From: a virus
Taxonomy: Duplodnaviria > Caudoviricetes
Length of the DNA stretch: 64,000 nucleotides
IMG/VR virus record: IMGVR_UViG_3300029906_000008
Location: 1 to 64,000 of that record
Direction: 5' to 3' (one strand)
Shown: positions 1-8,900 of the stretch, piece after piece
Layout: each line of letters opens with the position of its first letter
Position numbering within the stretch: the first letter of the stretch is position 1
Notes under the pieces: model-generated
What the model saw: the letters and a program-made list of their open reading frames with translations, nothing else
What the model was told of the DNA's origin: nothing
Databases searched by the model: none
Made by a program: the position numbers and the translations under genes

Positions 1-157
1 CCTGCGGCAGGATCACCTGCACGGTGTCGCGCACAAGCCGCTCCACTATCTCGGTGCGTACCTGCGTCACGGTGTCCCGCTGCACGGGGAAGACCTTGGG
101 GGAGCAGGAGGCGGCAAGCAGTGCCGCGAGTATTAAAATCATTTGTTTCATAGTCAT
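1..157 (-). CDS. Lipoprotein of the lysis cassette (spanin-like), runs off the window edge
   Basis: Manual translation MTMKQMILILAALLAASCSPKVFPVQRDTVTQVRTEIVERLVRDTV: signal peptide with lipobox (LAASC); lies downstream of the endolysin. Confidence 0.6.
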   Translation of the reverse strand, partial: MTMKQMILILAALLAASCSPKVFPVQRDTVTQVRTEIVERLVRDTVQVILPQ

Positions 158-173
158 ATTATCACTATATTTG
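142..173 (+). promoter_or_regulatory. Bacteroidetes sigma70-type promoter
   Basis: TTTG (142-145), 20 nt spacer, TATATTTG (166-173). Confidence 0.6.
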
Positions 174-207
174 CATTGCATTTGAAAAGGAATCAACACC
201 TCCTTTC

Positions 208-240
208 AGGCCCCGTGTCTCCCAGCATGGGGCCTTTTTC
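208..240 (+). terminator. Intrinsic terminator
   Basis: AGGCCCC...GGGGCCT stem followed by a T run. Confidence 0.65.
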
Positions 241-321
241 ATTGCCGCAAAACAAAAACGGCAGCCCGATGAAATACCGGACTGCCGTCTGCCCCGAGGG
301 GCTGTTGGGATGAAATAGTTG

Positions 322-723
322 CTAAATGAATCTTACCATCGAGAGGTCGCGGCTGAAATTGTGTATTCCGTCCTCAATCTTCTCGATTGTCCTGCGGGTG
401 GGCTTGCTCACGCCGTTGATGTAGTGGCTGAGCTGCCTCTGGTTTACGCCGGTTATCCTTTCAAGTCCGGCGAGAGTAAAGGCGAATGCGTAGTACTGGA
501 GGAAAGAGGCGATGTCGTAGACGAACTCGAAGTCAACCTCCTCGAAGTCCTTGCCCTCTCCCTTATAGAAGTCACGCATTTCTTCGTAGGCCTGCCTAAA
601 GTCGTTGATAGCCTCCGTTGCGGTCTTTCCCTCCCCGATTATCCCGTAATCGAGGTCGTTGTCCTCCATGTACACGGAGAACCCGTAATCGGACTTCTCA
701 ACATAGGCTTTAATCCTTTTCAT
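322..723 (-). CDS. hicB: HicB-family antitoxin with C-terminal HTH
   Basis: N-terminal 'GFSVY...GEGKTATEAINDFRQAYE' HicB pattern plus HTH 'LAGLERITGVNQRQLSHY'; directly downstream of hicA. Confidence 0.85.
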   Translation of the reverse strand: MKRIKAYVEKSDYGFSVYMEDNDLDYGIIGEGKTATEAINDFRQAYEEMRDFYKGEGKDFEEVDFEFVYDIASFLQYYAFAFTLAGLERITGVNQRQLSHYINGVSKPTRRTIEKIEDGIHNFSRDLSMVRFI

Positions 724-782
724 ACAAAGTCAATTAGTTGTTACAAATATAGCTGTTCGCATAAAATTTCAAGAAAAGGGGG

Positions 783-977
783 TTAAAGATCAACCCCCGA
801 ATCCCTTAATATACTCCTCAGCGTCCCTCCGCGAACCTCCTCGCTTCTATGATGACTGAGGGAAAAAACCTTGCCCGTAATTGGGCTATACCACTTGGGA
901 TGATTACTCTTCCCATTCTTGCTAACTTCGTAGCAACCTGCCGCTTTGAGCTTCCGCTCCAATTCTGCATATTTCAT
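783..977 (-). CDS. hicA: HicA-family mRNA interferase toxin
   Basis: MKYAELERKLKAAGC...GKSNHPKWYSP...HHRSEEVRGGTLRSILRDSG, typical HicA pattern with conserved His; likely start ATG at 977. Confidence 0.88.
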   Translation of the reverse strand: MKYAELERKLKAAGCYEVSKNGKSNHPKWYSPITGKVFSLSHHRSEEVRGGTLRSILRDSGVDL

Positions 978-995
978 CCCTAAAAAACCATGACG

Positions 996-1022
996 CAAAA
1001 GTAGTAATTTTAATATTACTTA
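996..1022 (-). promoter_or_regulatory. hicAB promoter -7 element with overlapping imperfect inverted repeat (putative HicB operator)
   Basis: TACTTTTG on the minus strand (996-1003); AAGTAGTA...TATTACTT inverted repeat. Confidence 0.5.
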
Positions 1023-1150
1023 CAAAATTTTTTAAAAATTTTCAAACCGCTACAATGTGTAACACTTTCAAAAATGCAGTCCGGTATGTCAAAGAACTTC
1101 GTATATTTGCGGAAATAACATAATTCATAATTCAATAAAGTTAGTTAACG

Positions 1151-1179
1151 CCCCTCAGCCGTGAGGCTCAGGGGTTTTC
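1151..1179. terminator. Hairpin after the endolysin, likely terminator
   Basis: CCCCTCAGCC-GTGA-GGCTCAGGGG followed by TTTT. Confidence 0.5.
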
Positions 1180-1207
1180 CTATGCCTGCGGCGCGGTATG
1201 CGGCATC

Positions 1208-1744
1208 CTACCATTGCCCGAGTATCCTCAGTGCCCTCACGTAGAGCTGCTGCCTGTCCTCGTAGCCGTTGTAGCCGCCGTTGATGACCCTGGTCTGTCC
1301 CCGCAGGTCGTCATTGTCGGCATAGGCATTGAGGTTATGCACGTCCCAGAACCATAAGGATGACTTGACTGCCCACTCCGGCTCGGAGAGCAGCTGCGGC
1401 TGCGACTCGAGGTCGATGCCCAGCCACTCCCCGCATCTTTGATAGTTGTACCTCCCCGTGACCATGATGAGGCCGCGGCCCTTGTAGCGCACTCCGTCAC
1501 CCTTATGGACGTTGCCCAAATCCGTGCGTCCCTCATACGCCTTGCCCGAGGCTATCTCCTCCAGGTACCTCAGCCGTCCGCTCTCGTGCCCCACCTGCGC
1601 GAGGTACGAGGCAATGCGGAAGGCGTTCGCGTCTATTCCGGCCTGCGGCCAGAGGCGGAGCATCCACTCTATCAGAGACGATGTCCGCCCGCTGTCCTTA
1701 ATGCCGTACAGGCCCAGTATCCGTTCCTTGTCTATCCGCACCAT
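1208..1744 (-). CDS. Endolysin, glycoside hydrolase family 19
   Basis: 'FLAQ..HES'-like (YLAQVGHESG), 'YKGRGLIMVTGRYNY' and 'TRVINGGYNGYEDR' GH19 motifs. Confidence 0.92.
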   Translation of the reverse strand: MVRIDKERILGLYGIKDSGRTSSLIEWMLRLWPQAGIDANAFRIASYLAQVGHESGRLRYLEEIASGKAYEGRTDLGNVHKGDGVRYKGRGLIMVTGRYNYQRCGEWLGIDLESQPQLLSEPEWAVKSSLWFWDVHNLNAYADNDDLRGQTRVINGGYNGYEDRQQLYVRALRILGQW

Positions 1745-1745
1745 A

Positions 1746-2198
1746 TCAGTCCTCCTTTACGGGTCTCTTCATGTCCTCCGGGGTCAGTATCGCGTCGGGA
1801 TGGTCCTTCGTGTACTCTCCCCTCAGTATGTTGCGCAGCCTGCACTTGTCGTTGGGGTTGAGCCGCTGGAGGCAGTTGTCGTCCGGCTGGAGGCACACAT
1901 GCTTCTCGGCCTCCTTGAGCTGAAGCCTTAGGCTGTTGTTCTCGTTGATGAGGTCAAGCCGTTCGCTCTCCAGCTGGTGCACCTTTTCGTAAAGGTCGTC
2001 CACCTTCTTGTTCAGCTCCGTGATTTCATCCTGCATCCTGCGGTACTCCTTGGCCCATGAACTCTGCGCCACATCGAAGGCGTTGGCCTCGGTGATTTTC
2101 CTGTTGCTCTTGCGGTTGAGCAGGAACTTTATAAGCTCCAGCCCTCCGAGAGCGGTTACGATGGTGGCCGCGGCCGTAATGGTTCCTGCCCAGTCCAT
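1746..2198 (-). CDS. Holin-like membrane protein with coiled coil
   Basis: N-terminal hydrophobic helix, then coiled coil; immediately upstream of the endolysin. Confidence 0.55.
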   Translation of the reverse strand: MDWAGTITAAATIVTALGGLELIKFLLNRKSNRKITEANAFDVAQSSWAKEYRRMQDEITELNKKVDDLYEKVHQLESERLDLINENNSLRLQLKEAEKHVCLQPDDNCLQRLNPNDKCRLRNILRGEYTKDHPDAILTPEDMKRPVKED

Positions 2199-2201
2199 AG
2201 C

Positions 2202-2405
2202 CTATTCCTCCTTTTTCCTCCGGCCGTACGCTATGACCAGGGCGGCCATGACGACCGCATCGGCCATAGCGGCCCAGCCCATGAAACTCTCGAATCCGTT
2301 AGCAGCCCCCTCCTTGGCGCAGATACCCGCGATGAAGGGGATGATGATAATCACCATTATTGCCGCAACCTTGCAGCATTTTTTCATTGCCTCTTTAAAA
2401 CTCAT
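2202..2405 (-). CDS. Small two-TM membrane protein (holin candidate)
   Basis: Two hydrophobic segments and a basic C-terminus (RRKKEE); within the lysis cassette. Confidence 0.5.
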   Translation of the reverse strand: MSFKEAMKKCCKVAAIMVIIIIPFIAGICAKEGAANGFESFMGWAAMADAVVMAALVIAYGRRKKEE

Positions 2406-2417
2406 AGCTTTTACTTT

Positions 2418-2924
2418 TTAAGGTTCGTCATTCTCCTCCGGAGCAACCCACAGGATACCCTCCAGAGTATTTTCCAGTTCAGTGAGCAGGTCGACATCGT
2501 AGAGAACCTTGCCACCAATCCTTATGCTGCGCTTGGCATTTTCCCTCTGCAGGGCATGCCACACATCATAAGGCATTGTCTTTACGTTTATCTCTACCTC
2601 CTCATCCATGAGAGCTCTCTCCAGCTCCTCATACCGCTTGATTTTATCGGATAAGGTATCATACTCCTTAAGCTCCTGCTCTGTAAGAGAGCTCCTGCGG
2701 TCCTTCAGGTCGGTCAGTCTCTTCCTGTCGGCGTCCATGTCGGTGATACCGACTTCGTCCATGAGTTTTCTGGCCTCTGCGGAGAGGGCCTCGACGGCCT
2801 TCTGCACCTCCTGCTTGAGTTTCACGGCCTTGTATGCGTGTGCAGCGGGCACGTCATGGCAGGTCATGTTCTGTATGCCGCTCAACTGGAGCTGCCAGAG
2901 TTTTCTGTTGCTAATTTTTGCCAT
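2418..2924 (-). CDS. Hypothetical phage protein, tail-distal region
   Basis: 168 aa ORF tightly packed in the late operon. Confidence 0.6.
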   Translation of the reverse strand: MAKISNRKLWQLQLSGIQNMTCHDVPAAHAYKAVKLKQEVQKAVEALSAEARKLMDEVGITDMDADRKRLTDLKDRRSSLTEQELKEYDTLSDKIKRYEELERALMDEEVEINVKTMPYDVWHALQRENAKRSIRIGGKVLYDVDLLTELENTLEGILWVAPEENDEP

Positions 2925-2927
2925 GGC

Positions 2928-3215
2928 CTACTCCTCCGGATAATGTGCGGTTACCGATGTGATGAACTCATTGAGCAGAGTACCTGCGTCCTCGATGAGG
3001 GAGGTAGAGCCGTTCAGGCTCATCTGTGGCTCCGAGCCTGGATTAGCATCATAACTGAAATAAACGGAGCGGTTGTTGCTGCTGTCGCTGATGATACCGT
3101 TCATTGTCACTTTGTTGGCTGAATTAACGGTTACGTCTGCCGTGATTGTCATTGTGCCCGACTGGGCCGATGCACTCTCTAAAGTGCGCCTGTTTGTGTA
3201 ACTAATCTGTAACAT
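2928..3215 (-). CDS. Hypothetical small virion or tail-associated protein
   Basis: 95 aa ORF in the operon, Ser/Thr/Asn rich. Confidence 0.55.
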   Translation of the reverse strand: MLQISYTNRRTLESASAQSGTMTITADVTVNSANKVTMNGIISDSSNNRSVYFSYDANPGSEPQMSLNGSTSLIEDAGTLLNEFITSVTAHYPEE

Positions 3216-3255
3216 AACTTTTTGGTTTTAAAATGTTTATAAATGTTGTTAAAAT

Positions 3256-4500
3256 CTATCCTATCACCGGCCCGTCCTCGTCGAAGATGTTCATCGGCTC
3301 CTGCAGCGAATCCGGCCAGATGACCCTGCAGAACAGCTCCTTGGTCAAGGGGATGCAGTTGTAGCCGGCCTCGCCGGTATCATACACCAGCGAGAAGCCG
3401 CAGAAACCGGTGGTGAACTTCGCGAAGTACTCCAGCGACTGCCCGAGGTACAGTCCGCCCGTACCGCCGGTCACCGACCAGTTCTCCAGCGAGGAGCCGC
3501 TGCCCAGGGTCACGTACCACTCCTTGCGCCTGAGCCAGTCGGTGATGCGCAGATACACATTGTCCTGATTGAGAGGAGTGTTGGCAGTACCGTGAATTAC
3601 ACCGGTGGATATGTAAAGCCGCTGTGCGTTGCTGAGGTCAAGGTATCTCGGGCTACCATACTCGACATAAGAGTAGTATTCGTAAGTATTTGTCTCCTCT
3701 GCCGACGGGCCGGTACCGATGCGCAGCGAGGATGCCGCTCCCGTGCCATTCCATTCTTGACTGCTGGTGATGTCTCCCACTGTGAACTCCGGGTCATACG
3801 TACCCGTCTTCTGGAACGTGAATCCCGGAGTGGGACTTAGTATCGTTGTAAGGTCGGGGTCGTCCGAAAGGAAGGCGTAAATGGTGCCCGCCCCATCATC
3901 CGTGCGTCCGAACTTGCACATCATGCGGTTGCTTATGAGCAGGTTCTGCGCCGTATCGTTTAAATTTATACGCCCGAGCAGGACATTGACATCCGGCACG
4001 TATGTGCCTCCTGACTTGGGCAGATGCAGCTGGAAATACAGATAGGGCACCCCTTTGTCTGTGAACAGCTGCTTCAGGTCCAGCAGTCCTATCCCGTTGG
4101 GCACTCCGCTCAGCGGCGATACGGGCGTATATCCGTCGAAGTTGTCAAGGGTTATGTCTATCTCAGGAGACCAAACGCCTATCATGTGCTCCTGCCAGTG
4201 GTCGTATCCGCGGAAGTCTCCGAGGCGGTAGGGCGAGGATGTCCCGCCCTGAGGAGGCAGATAGACGAACGAGTCCTCGGTCACGCCGCCCGTCCACGAG
4301 AGGCCGTAGTTTGCCGTACGCAGGCCCTCCCGCAGCAACGACATGTCGGCATAGTCCACAGCGGTGGAGCGGAACGGCTTGTACCTGCTCCACTTATTAA
4401 CGCCGGTATATTTGCATACACCCGATACCGTGTTCGGGAAATAGCCGAGTGCCTTCTGCACGTCACTCAGTTTCAGTTTGGTATTGCTTAACTGTGCCAT
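3256..4500 (-). CDS. Minor tail or receptor-binding candidate
   Basis: N-terminal 'LSDVQKALG...VNKWSRYKP...PYRLGDFRGY' pattern seen in Bacteroidota phage tail-associated proteins; beta-rich C-terminus. Confidence 0.55.
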   Translation of the reverse strand: MAQLSNTKLKLSDVQKALGYFPNTVSGVCKYTGVNKWSRYKPFRSTAVDYADMSLLREGLRTANYGLSWTGGVTEDSFVYLPPQGGTSSPYRLGDFRGYDHWQEHMIGVWSPEIDITLDNFDGYTPVSPLSGVPNGIGLLDLKQLFTDKGVPYLYFQLHLPKSGGTYVPDVNVLLGRINLNDTAQNLLISNRMMCKFGRTDDGAGTIYAFLSDDPDLTTILSPTPGFTFQKTGTYDPEFTVGDITSSQEWNGTGAASSLRIGTGPSAEETNTYEYYSYVEYGSPRYLDLSNAQRLYISTGVIHGTANTPLNQDNVYLRITDWLRRKEWYVTLGSGSSLENWSVTGGTGGLYLGQSLEYFAKFTTGFCGFSLVYDTGEAGYNCIPLTKELFCRVIWPDSLQEPMNIFDEDGPVIG

Positions 4501-4516
4501 ATCATCTTTATAGTTT

Positions 4517-5956
4517 TTAAGGTTGTACCTGTACCGGGTCGATGGGATTGACGGGGTCGACGGGCGTTATCCCCCCGCTGCTGTTGCCCGTGCCCGCCGC
4601 GGAGTTGACAAAGCGGTAGTTGCCGTTGTCGCACGATGCCGTCGCGGTCACATAGAACGGCTTGGACAGCGTCGTGATGAGTATCGCGGGATTCGCAGCG
4701 ACGTGGAAGCCGTCCCCTCCGATGCTGATGGTACGACCGTCGAACACGCTGCCGTTCAGGTTCTGGAACTGCCCCGTCTGCGGCGACCCGGATATGGTCT
4801 TGCGCAACTGGAGGGCCGAGATGGTCACCGTCACCTCCTCCGGAGGCGTGGTCGAGGCCGAGAGCGAGAACGTTATGCGGTAGCGGTTGGTATAGCCGGG
4901 CTCGTCAGAGATGTTCATCGTCAGCGTTATGGTCGGCAGCACGGTGGTAGGGATGCGGGCGCGGAAGATGGACGTTATCCTGCCGCTGGTGATGTACACG
5001 CCGTAGTAGACCCTCGTTCCTCCGACGAGTTTGCCCGTGGTGTTGACGTAGTATCCGTTGGCCGGCTTGTCGTAGGACGTGCCGCCGTTCTTCACCGCGT
5101 TGTAGTAGTTCTCAAGCAGGTCGTCCGACGCCTCTCCGGAGACGTCGCCCTCCCCGAGCAGGGCCACCTGGTCGCTGCCCTCCGCGATGATGGGCACAGA
5201 CGGCACGGAGGGCATCTGCAGCCCGTCCACGATGTCGTATATGCCGTCCTCGTAGGTCTTGTCGACGAGCAGGGTCACCACGTCGGGGTGATTTTTTTGA
5301 GGGGTCTCGGCATAGGAGTTTACGGGCACAAACGGCCCGAAGTTGAGCGGGGCGAGGAAGCGCAGCGAGGTGGACACGGTGCGCGTGCCCTCCCCGTTCG
5401 TGACCTCCGCCCGCAGGTACACCGTGCGTGCCGTCTCCCAGTAGACCATGCCGCCTCTGTTGATGAGGTAGTCCGTCTTTGTCGCCGCCTGCCCGACCGA
5501 GCCGTTGACCGAGTACTGGGACGTGCCTCCGGAGGTGGAGGACATGATGAGGCGGTACGTGCAGCCCTCGTAGGGTGCTCCGAAGACAGGCCACGTGATG
5601 TGCCAGTAGTTGCCAAAGGCGTACTTTACGGATATGCTGCCCGCCGTGCCCTTGATGTTGAGCCCCGCGTCGAGCAGCAGGCGGTAGTTGGTGCCGCCCC
5701 TGCGTATGCGGTGCGCCGACAGCCTTGACGACGACCGCCATGCCGCGTTGGAGCCGCTCTCGGCCACCATGCCCACAAAGCCGTAGTCAGAGCCGCTTTT
5801 GCGGATTGCGAACACGTAGTCGAGGTGGAAGTTCAGTTTGGCGTTGGCTATGCTGTTGTGCCTGCCGGTGTACTTGGCTATCCGGTGGAATGTCGCCGCC
5901 GTGCCCTGCCTCATGCGGTATTTCTCTGTCTGATATGCTGAATCCGGTGCTGCCAT
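4517..5956 (-). CDS. Minor tail or adhesin-like protein
   Basis: 479 aa, Thr/Gly/Ser rich with Ig-like beta patterns; follows the tail fibre gene. Confidence 0.5.
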   Translation of the reverse strand: MAAPDSAYQTEKYRMRQGTAATFHRIAKYTGRHNSIANAKLNFHLDYVFAIRKSGSDYGFVGMVAESGSNAAWRSSSRLSAHRIRRGGTNYRLLLDAGLNIKGTAGSISVKYAFGNYWHITWPVFGAPYEGCTYRLIMSSTSGGTSQYSVNGSVGQAATKTDYLINRGGMVYWETARTVYLRAEVTNGEGTRTVSTSLRFLAPLNFGPFVPVNSYAETPQKNHPDVVTLLVDKTYEDGIYDIVDGLQMPSVPSVPIIAEGSDQVALLGEGDVSGEASDDLLENYYNAVKNGGTSYDKPANGYYVNTTGKLVGGTRVYYGVYITSGRITSIFRARIPTTVLPTITLTMNISDEPGYTNRYRITFSLSASTTPPEEVTVTISALQLRKTISGSPQTGQFQNLNGSVFDGRTISIGGDGFHVAANPAILITTLSKPFYVTATASCDNGNYRFVNSAAGTGNSSGGITPVDPVNPIDPVQVQP

Positions 5957-5966
5957 GTCAATCCTC

Positions 5967-8900
5967 CTATGCTATGTATGCGTCAAAGACGTTGTTTCCC
6001 GACGAGGACGGGATATAGAGTTTGCCTCCCGTCCATATATCTCCCTTTGAGTAAATCCCGTTCGTGGGCACTTTGGTGTAGTCCGCCCATGCGTTGCTTA
6101 CCAGCAGGCTGCCCACGTTCACACCCCTCGCGATAGAGTGCCCGGCGGTTATCCTGTTTTCGTTTGGATACCAGCCGATGTCGTCCGTGCTGCCTATGGT
6201 GATGCCCGAGGTGGCCCTTATCTCGCCGGCCACATCCAGTTTATAGGCCGAGGAGGTGGTGCCGATGCCGACGTTGCCGCCATTAGCGCAGATGTAGAGA
6301 TTCCCACCTCTATGCTGGAGATATAAGGGGTTTTTTAAACCAATACGATTTATTTCACCGGCATAACCTCCTAAAGTTCCTGTGTCATCGCATTCTATAT
6401 TGATGGAATAAGTCCTAATCGGACCACTTGCAACAATTCTTCCCACCCCAGTCATGTCCCCGCTCACGTTGCCCTCTCCGTTGAAGGGCCTTCCCCAGAG
6501 GGTGCGGGAGGTCTGGAGTTTGGTGGCGGAGGTCGCGTTGCCGGAGAGGGTGCCGGAGAAAGTTGTTCCGTAAACCGTCTTGTTGAAATGCACCGTACCG
6601 TCCGATACCTTTATATAGTGCGCCCAGTCCGTCCCGTTGGTCGTCCTCTCGGAGTAGAACCCGAAAAAACCAACCTGGTCGCTCGCGCCGTGGCCGAGAT
6701 TCCATACGTCACCGGCATCTGTCTTACCCCATATAACGGGATGATATGTATTGCCGCTGGTAGAAGATGCGCCATTTGTCATTATCGGGGCCTGCGTCTT
6801 TCCGCCTAGCCACGTCCCACCCATAGACTTCAACGTCAGATTTCCGGTCATGGTACCTCCGGACCTCAACAAGAAGCTGCTCGCCTGATACCCGTCCAGC
6901 AAATCCGCATTAAGCCCCGAGCCCGGGCCGTCATTGCCGGAGTGCCAGACGGTACTGCTGCCAAATAAGAGCGAGCCAGCGTCCGTGATATGCAGATACT
7001 TATTTGCTGGATAACTATACAAATACGCACCCTGACTAGCAAGATATCCGGAGGCAGCCTTGCTGCTGCCGCTGATTTGGTATCTGATAAAAGCCTCAGA
7101 TGACGAATTGATTTTCAGCGTCCCCGTCATCGTATCCCCGCTGATATTGACATAACGCGAGTCGAGGGTCGATGCGTAGTTTCCGGTATCGAGTATGAGA
7201 TAAGGGCCTCCCCACGCCGTCGAGCTGTTTTTCAGCAGGCGGTAGAAGCTGCCCAGATACCCCGACACTAGGAACACCCCGTATGTGGAAGAGCCGTAGC
7301 CGTCCAGCCGCAGGAAGTTCGTGCGGCTGCCTGCAACCAGCTTATAATCGTCGTTGGCCCAGTTGGACATTATGTTTGCAACCGCCGCGGTTGTGACAAA
7401 ACCCATCGAGCCGGGCTTGTTGAGACCGCTGCCCATCTGCGTCGTGAGGGCTGATTTCAAGTCCGCCATGGTGTCGCCCGCAGCCACCCCGAGACTTCTC
7501 TCATAGATGCCCTTGACGACAAGGGAGCTCTGTGCCGCCCATGCCGGAGTGCCCCCCGTGGACTGGAGCACGTAGCCGCTTGTGCCCGCAGTTGTGGGAG
7601 CGTAAGCGGTAGGAGCGTCCGTAGTCGTGCCGAGGAAACTCCACGCCGTCCCGTTAAGGTTGAACACCTTGCGGTATGCGGTGGGATAGCCGGATGACCC
7701 TATGCGCATGTAGCGGGAGTCCAGTACGCCCGTGTAGTTGCCCGTGTCAAGGATGGTATAGTCTGCGCCGTTGCGTCTGTGAATGAGGCTCGTCGCGCCG
7801 CTGCGGAGATAATGCGTTCCGGTCATCAGTCCGGTGTATGTATTGTCTCCGTAATAAGCGAGTATCGCCTTGGAGCCGTCCGCATTCAGTATGCCGTTGT
7901 ATGACGATGCAGATGGAGACTGAGGTATGCGGATGCTGCAACCGGACATTGTGATGTCTCCGCTCATCGTCCCTCCGGAAAGACGGAGGTACCTGCCGTC
8001 CGCCGTGGCCTGCGTCAGCGCCCCCACCTCCGAGGCCGTCGGCCAGCGGGTCACGTATTTGGTGGGCGCGACTTTCAGCAGGGCGTCCCACGACGAGTTA
8101 AGGTCGCTTATGGTAGCCAGTGACACTGTGGTCAGCCATGCGGGCTTCTGCGCCTTGAGTACAGCGTCCCATGAAGAATGGAGGTCGCTGATGGTCGCGA
8201 GCGACACGGAGGTGAGGAACGTCAAGTCCTTCTTGAGGGTGAGCGTGTTCCCGCTCTTGGCATAGCCCGTAACCGCGTTGCCCGCACCTGAGGTCGTGAC
8301 GGAACTGACGTAGCCCGAGAGGGCATTGTCCAGCCCCGTGATTTTGGACGTAGGGATGGAGGGGATGTGCTCGATGGCTATCACCTTGTTGCTCACCGAG
8401 CCGCCCAGTTCCTGCCAGAGCCGGGCCACATCAAGGCCTCCGCTTCCGGAACTTCCGGCCTCATCTCCGTAGGCTACGAAGTCACCGGCCGAGGTGGCCG
8501 TAGCCGATATGTGCAGCCGCCCATCCACCACGGACAGGGTCACGCCGTCCACGTCCAGCGTCTTGACCTTGATGCTCTGAGGCAGCGGCAGCACGTATCC
8601 GGAGGTGCTGGAGCCGTCGATACTCACGGCAGCCCCGTTGCTGCCGTAGTAGTCCCCTATCCTCATGCTGCGGGCCATACCCCATTTGGCCGTAGTGATG
8701 TCCTGCGTCCCGAGGAACTCCGTGCCGTTGATTTTCCGTGCCGTCCTAAGTTGGTCGGCGTACTTGGCGTAGAGGTCCGCCACCGAGAGCGGCTTTCCTC
8801 CCACCGTTATCGAGAGGTTCGTGTCCGCACTGGAGGTAAGTGCGGTCAGCAGCCCGTTGGCATGCACCCCGTCGAGGGTATCGGCATTGTCCGCCGAGAC

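Noticed and set aside
4523-5728. Long plus-strand ORF of 401 aa, and similar antisense ORFs such as 8367-9398 and 36558-37115
   Set aside because: Shadow ORFs opposite well-supported genes in GC-rich sequence, with no recognisable motifs
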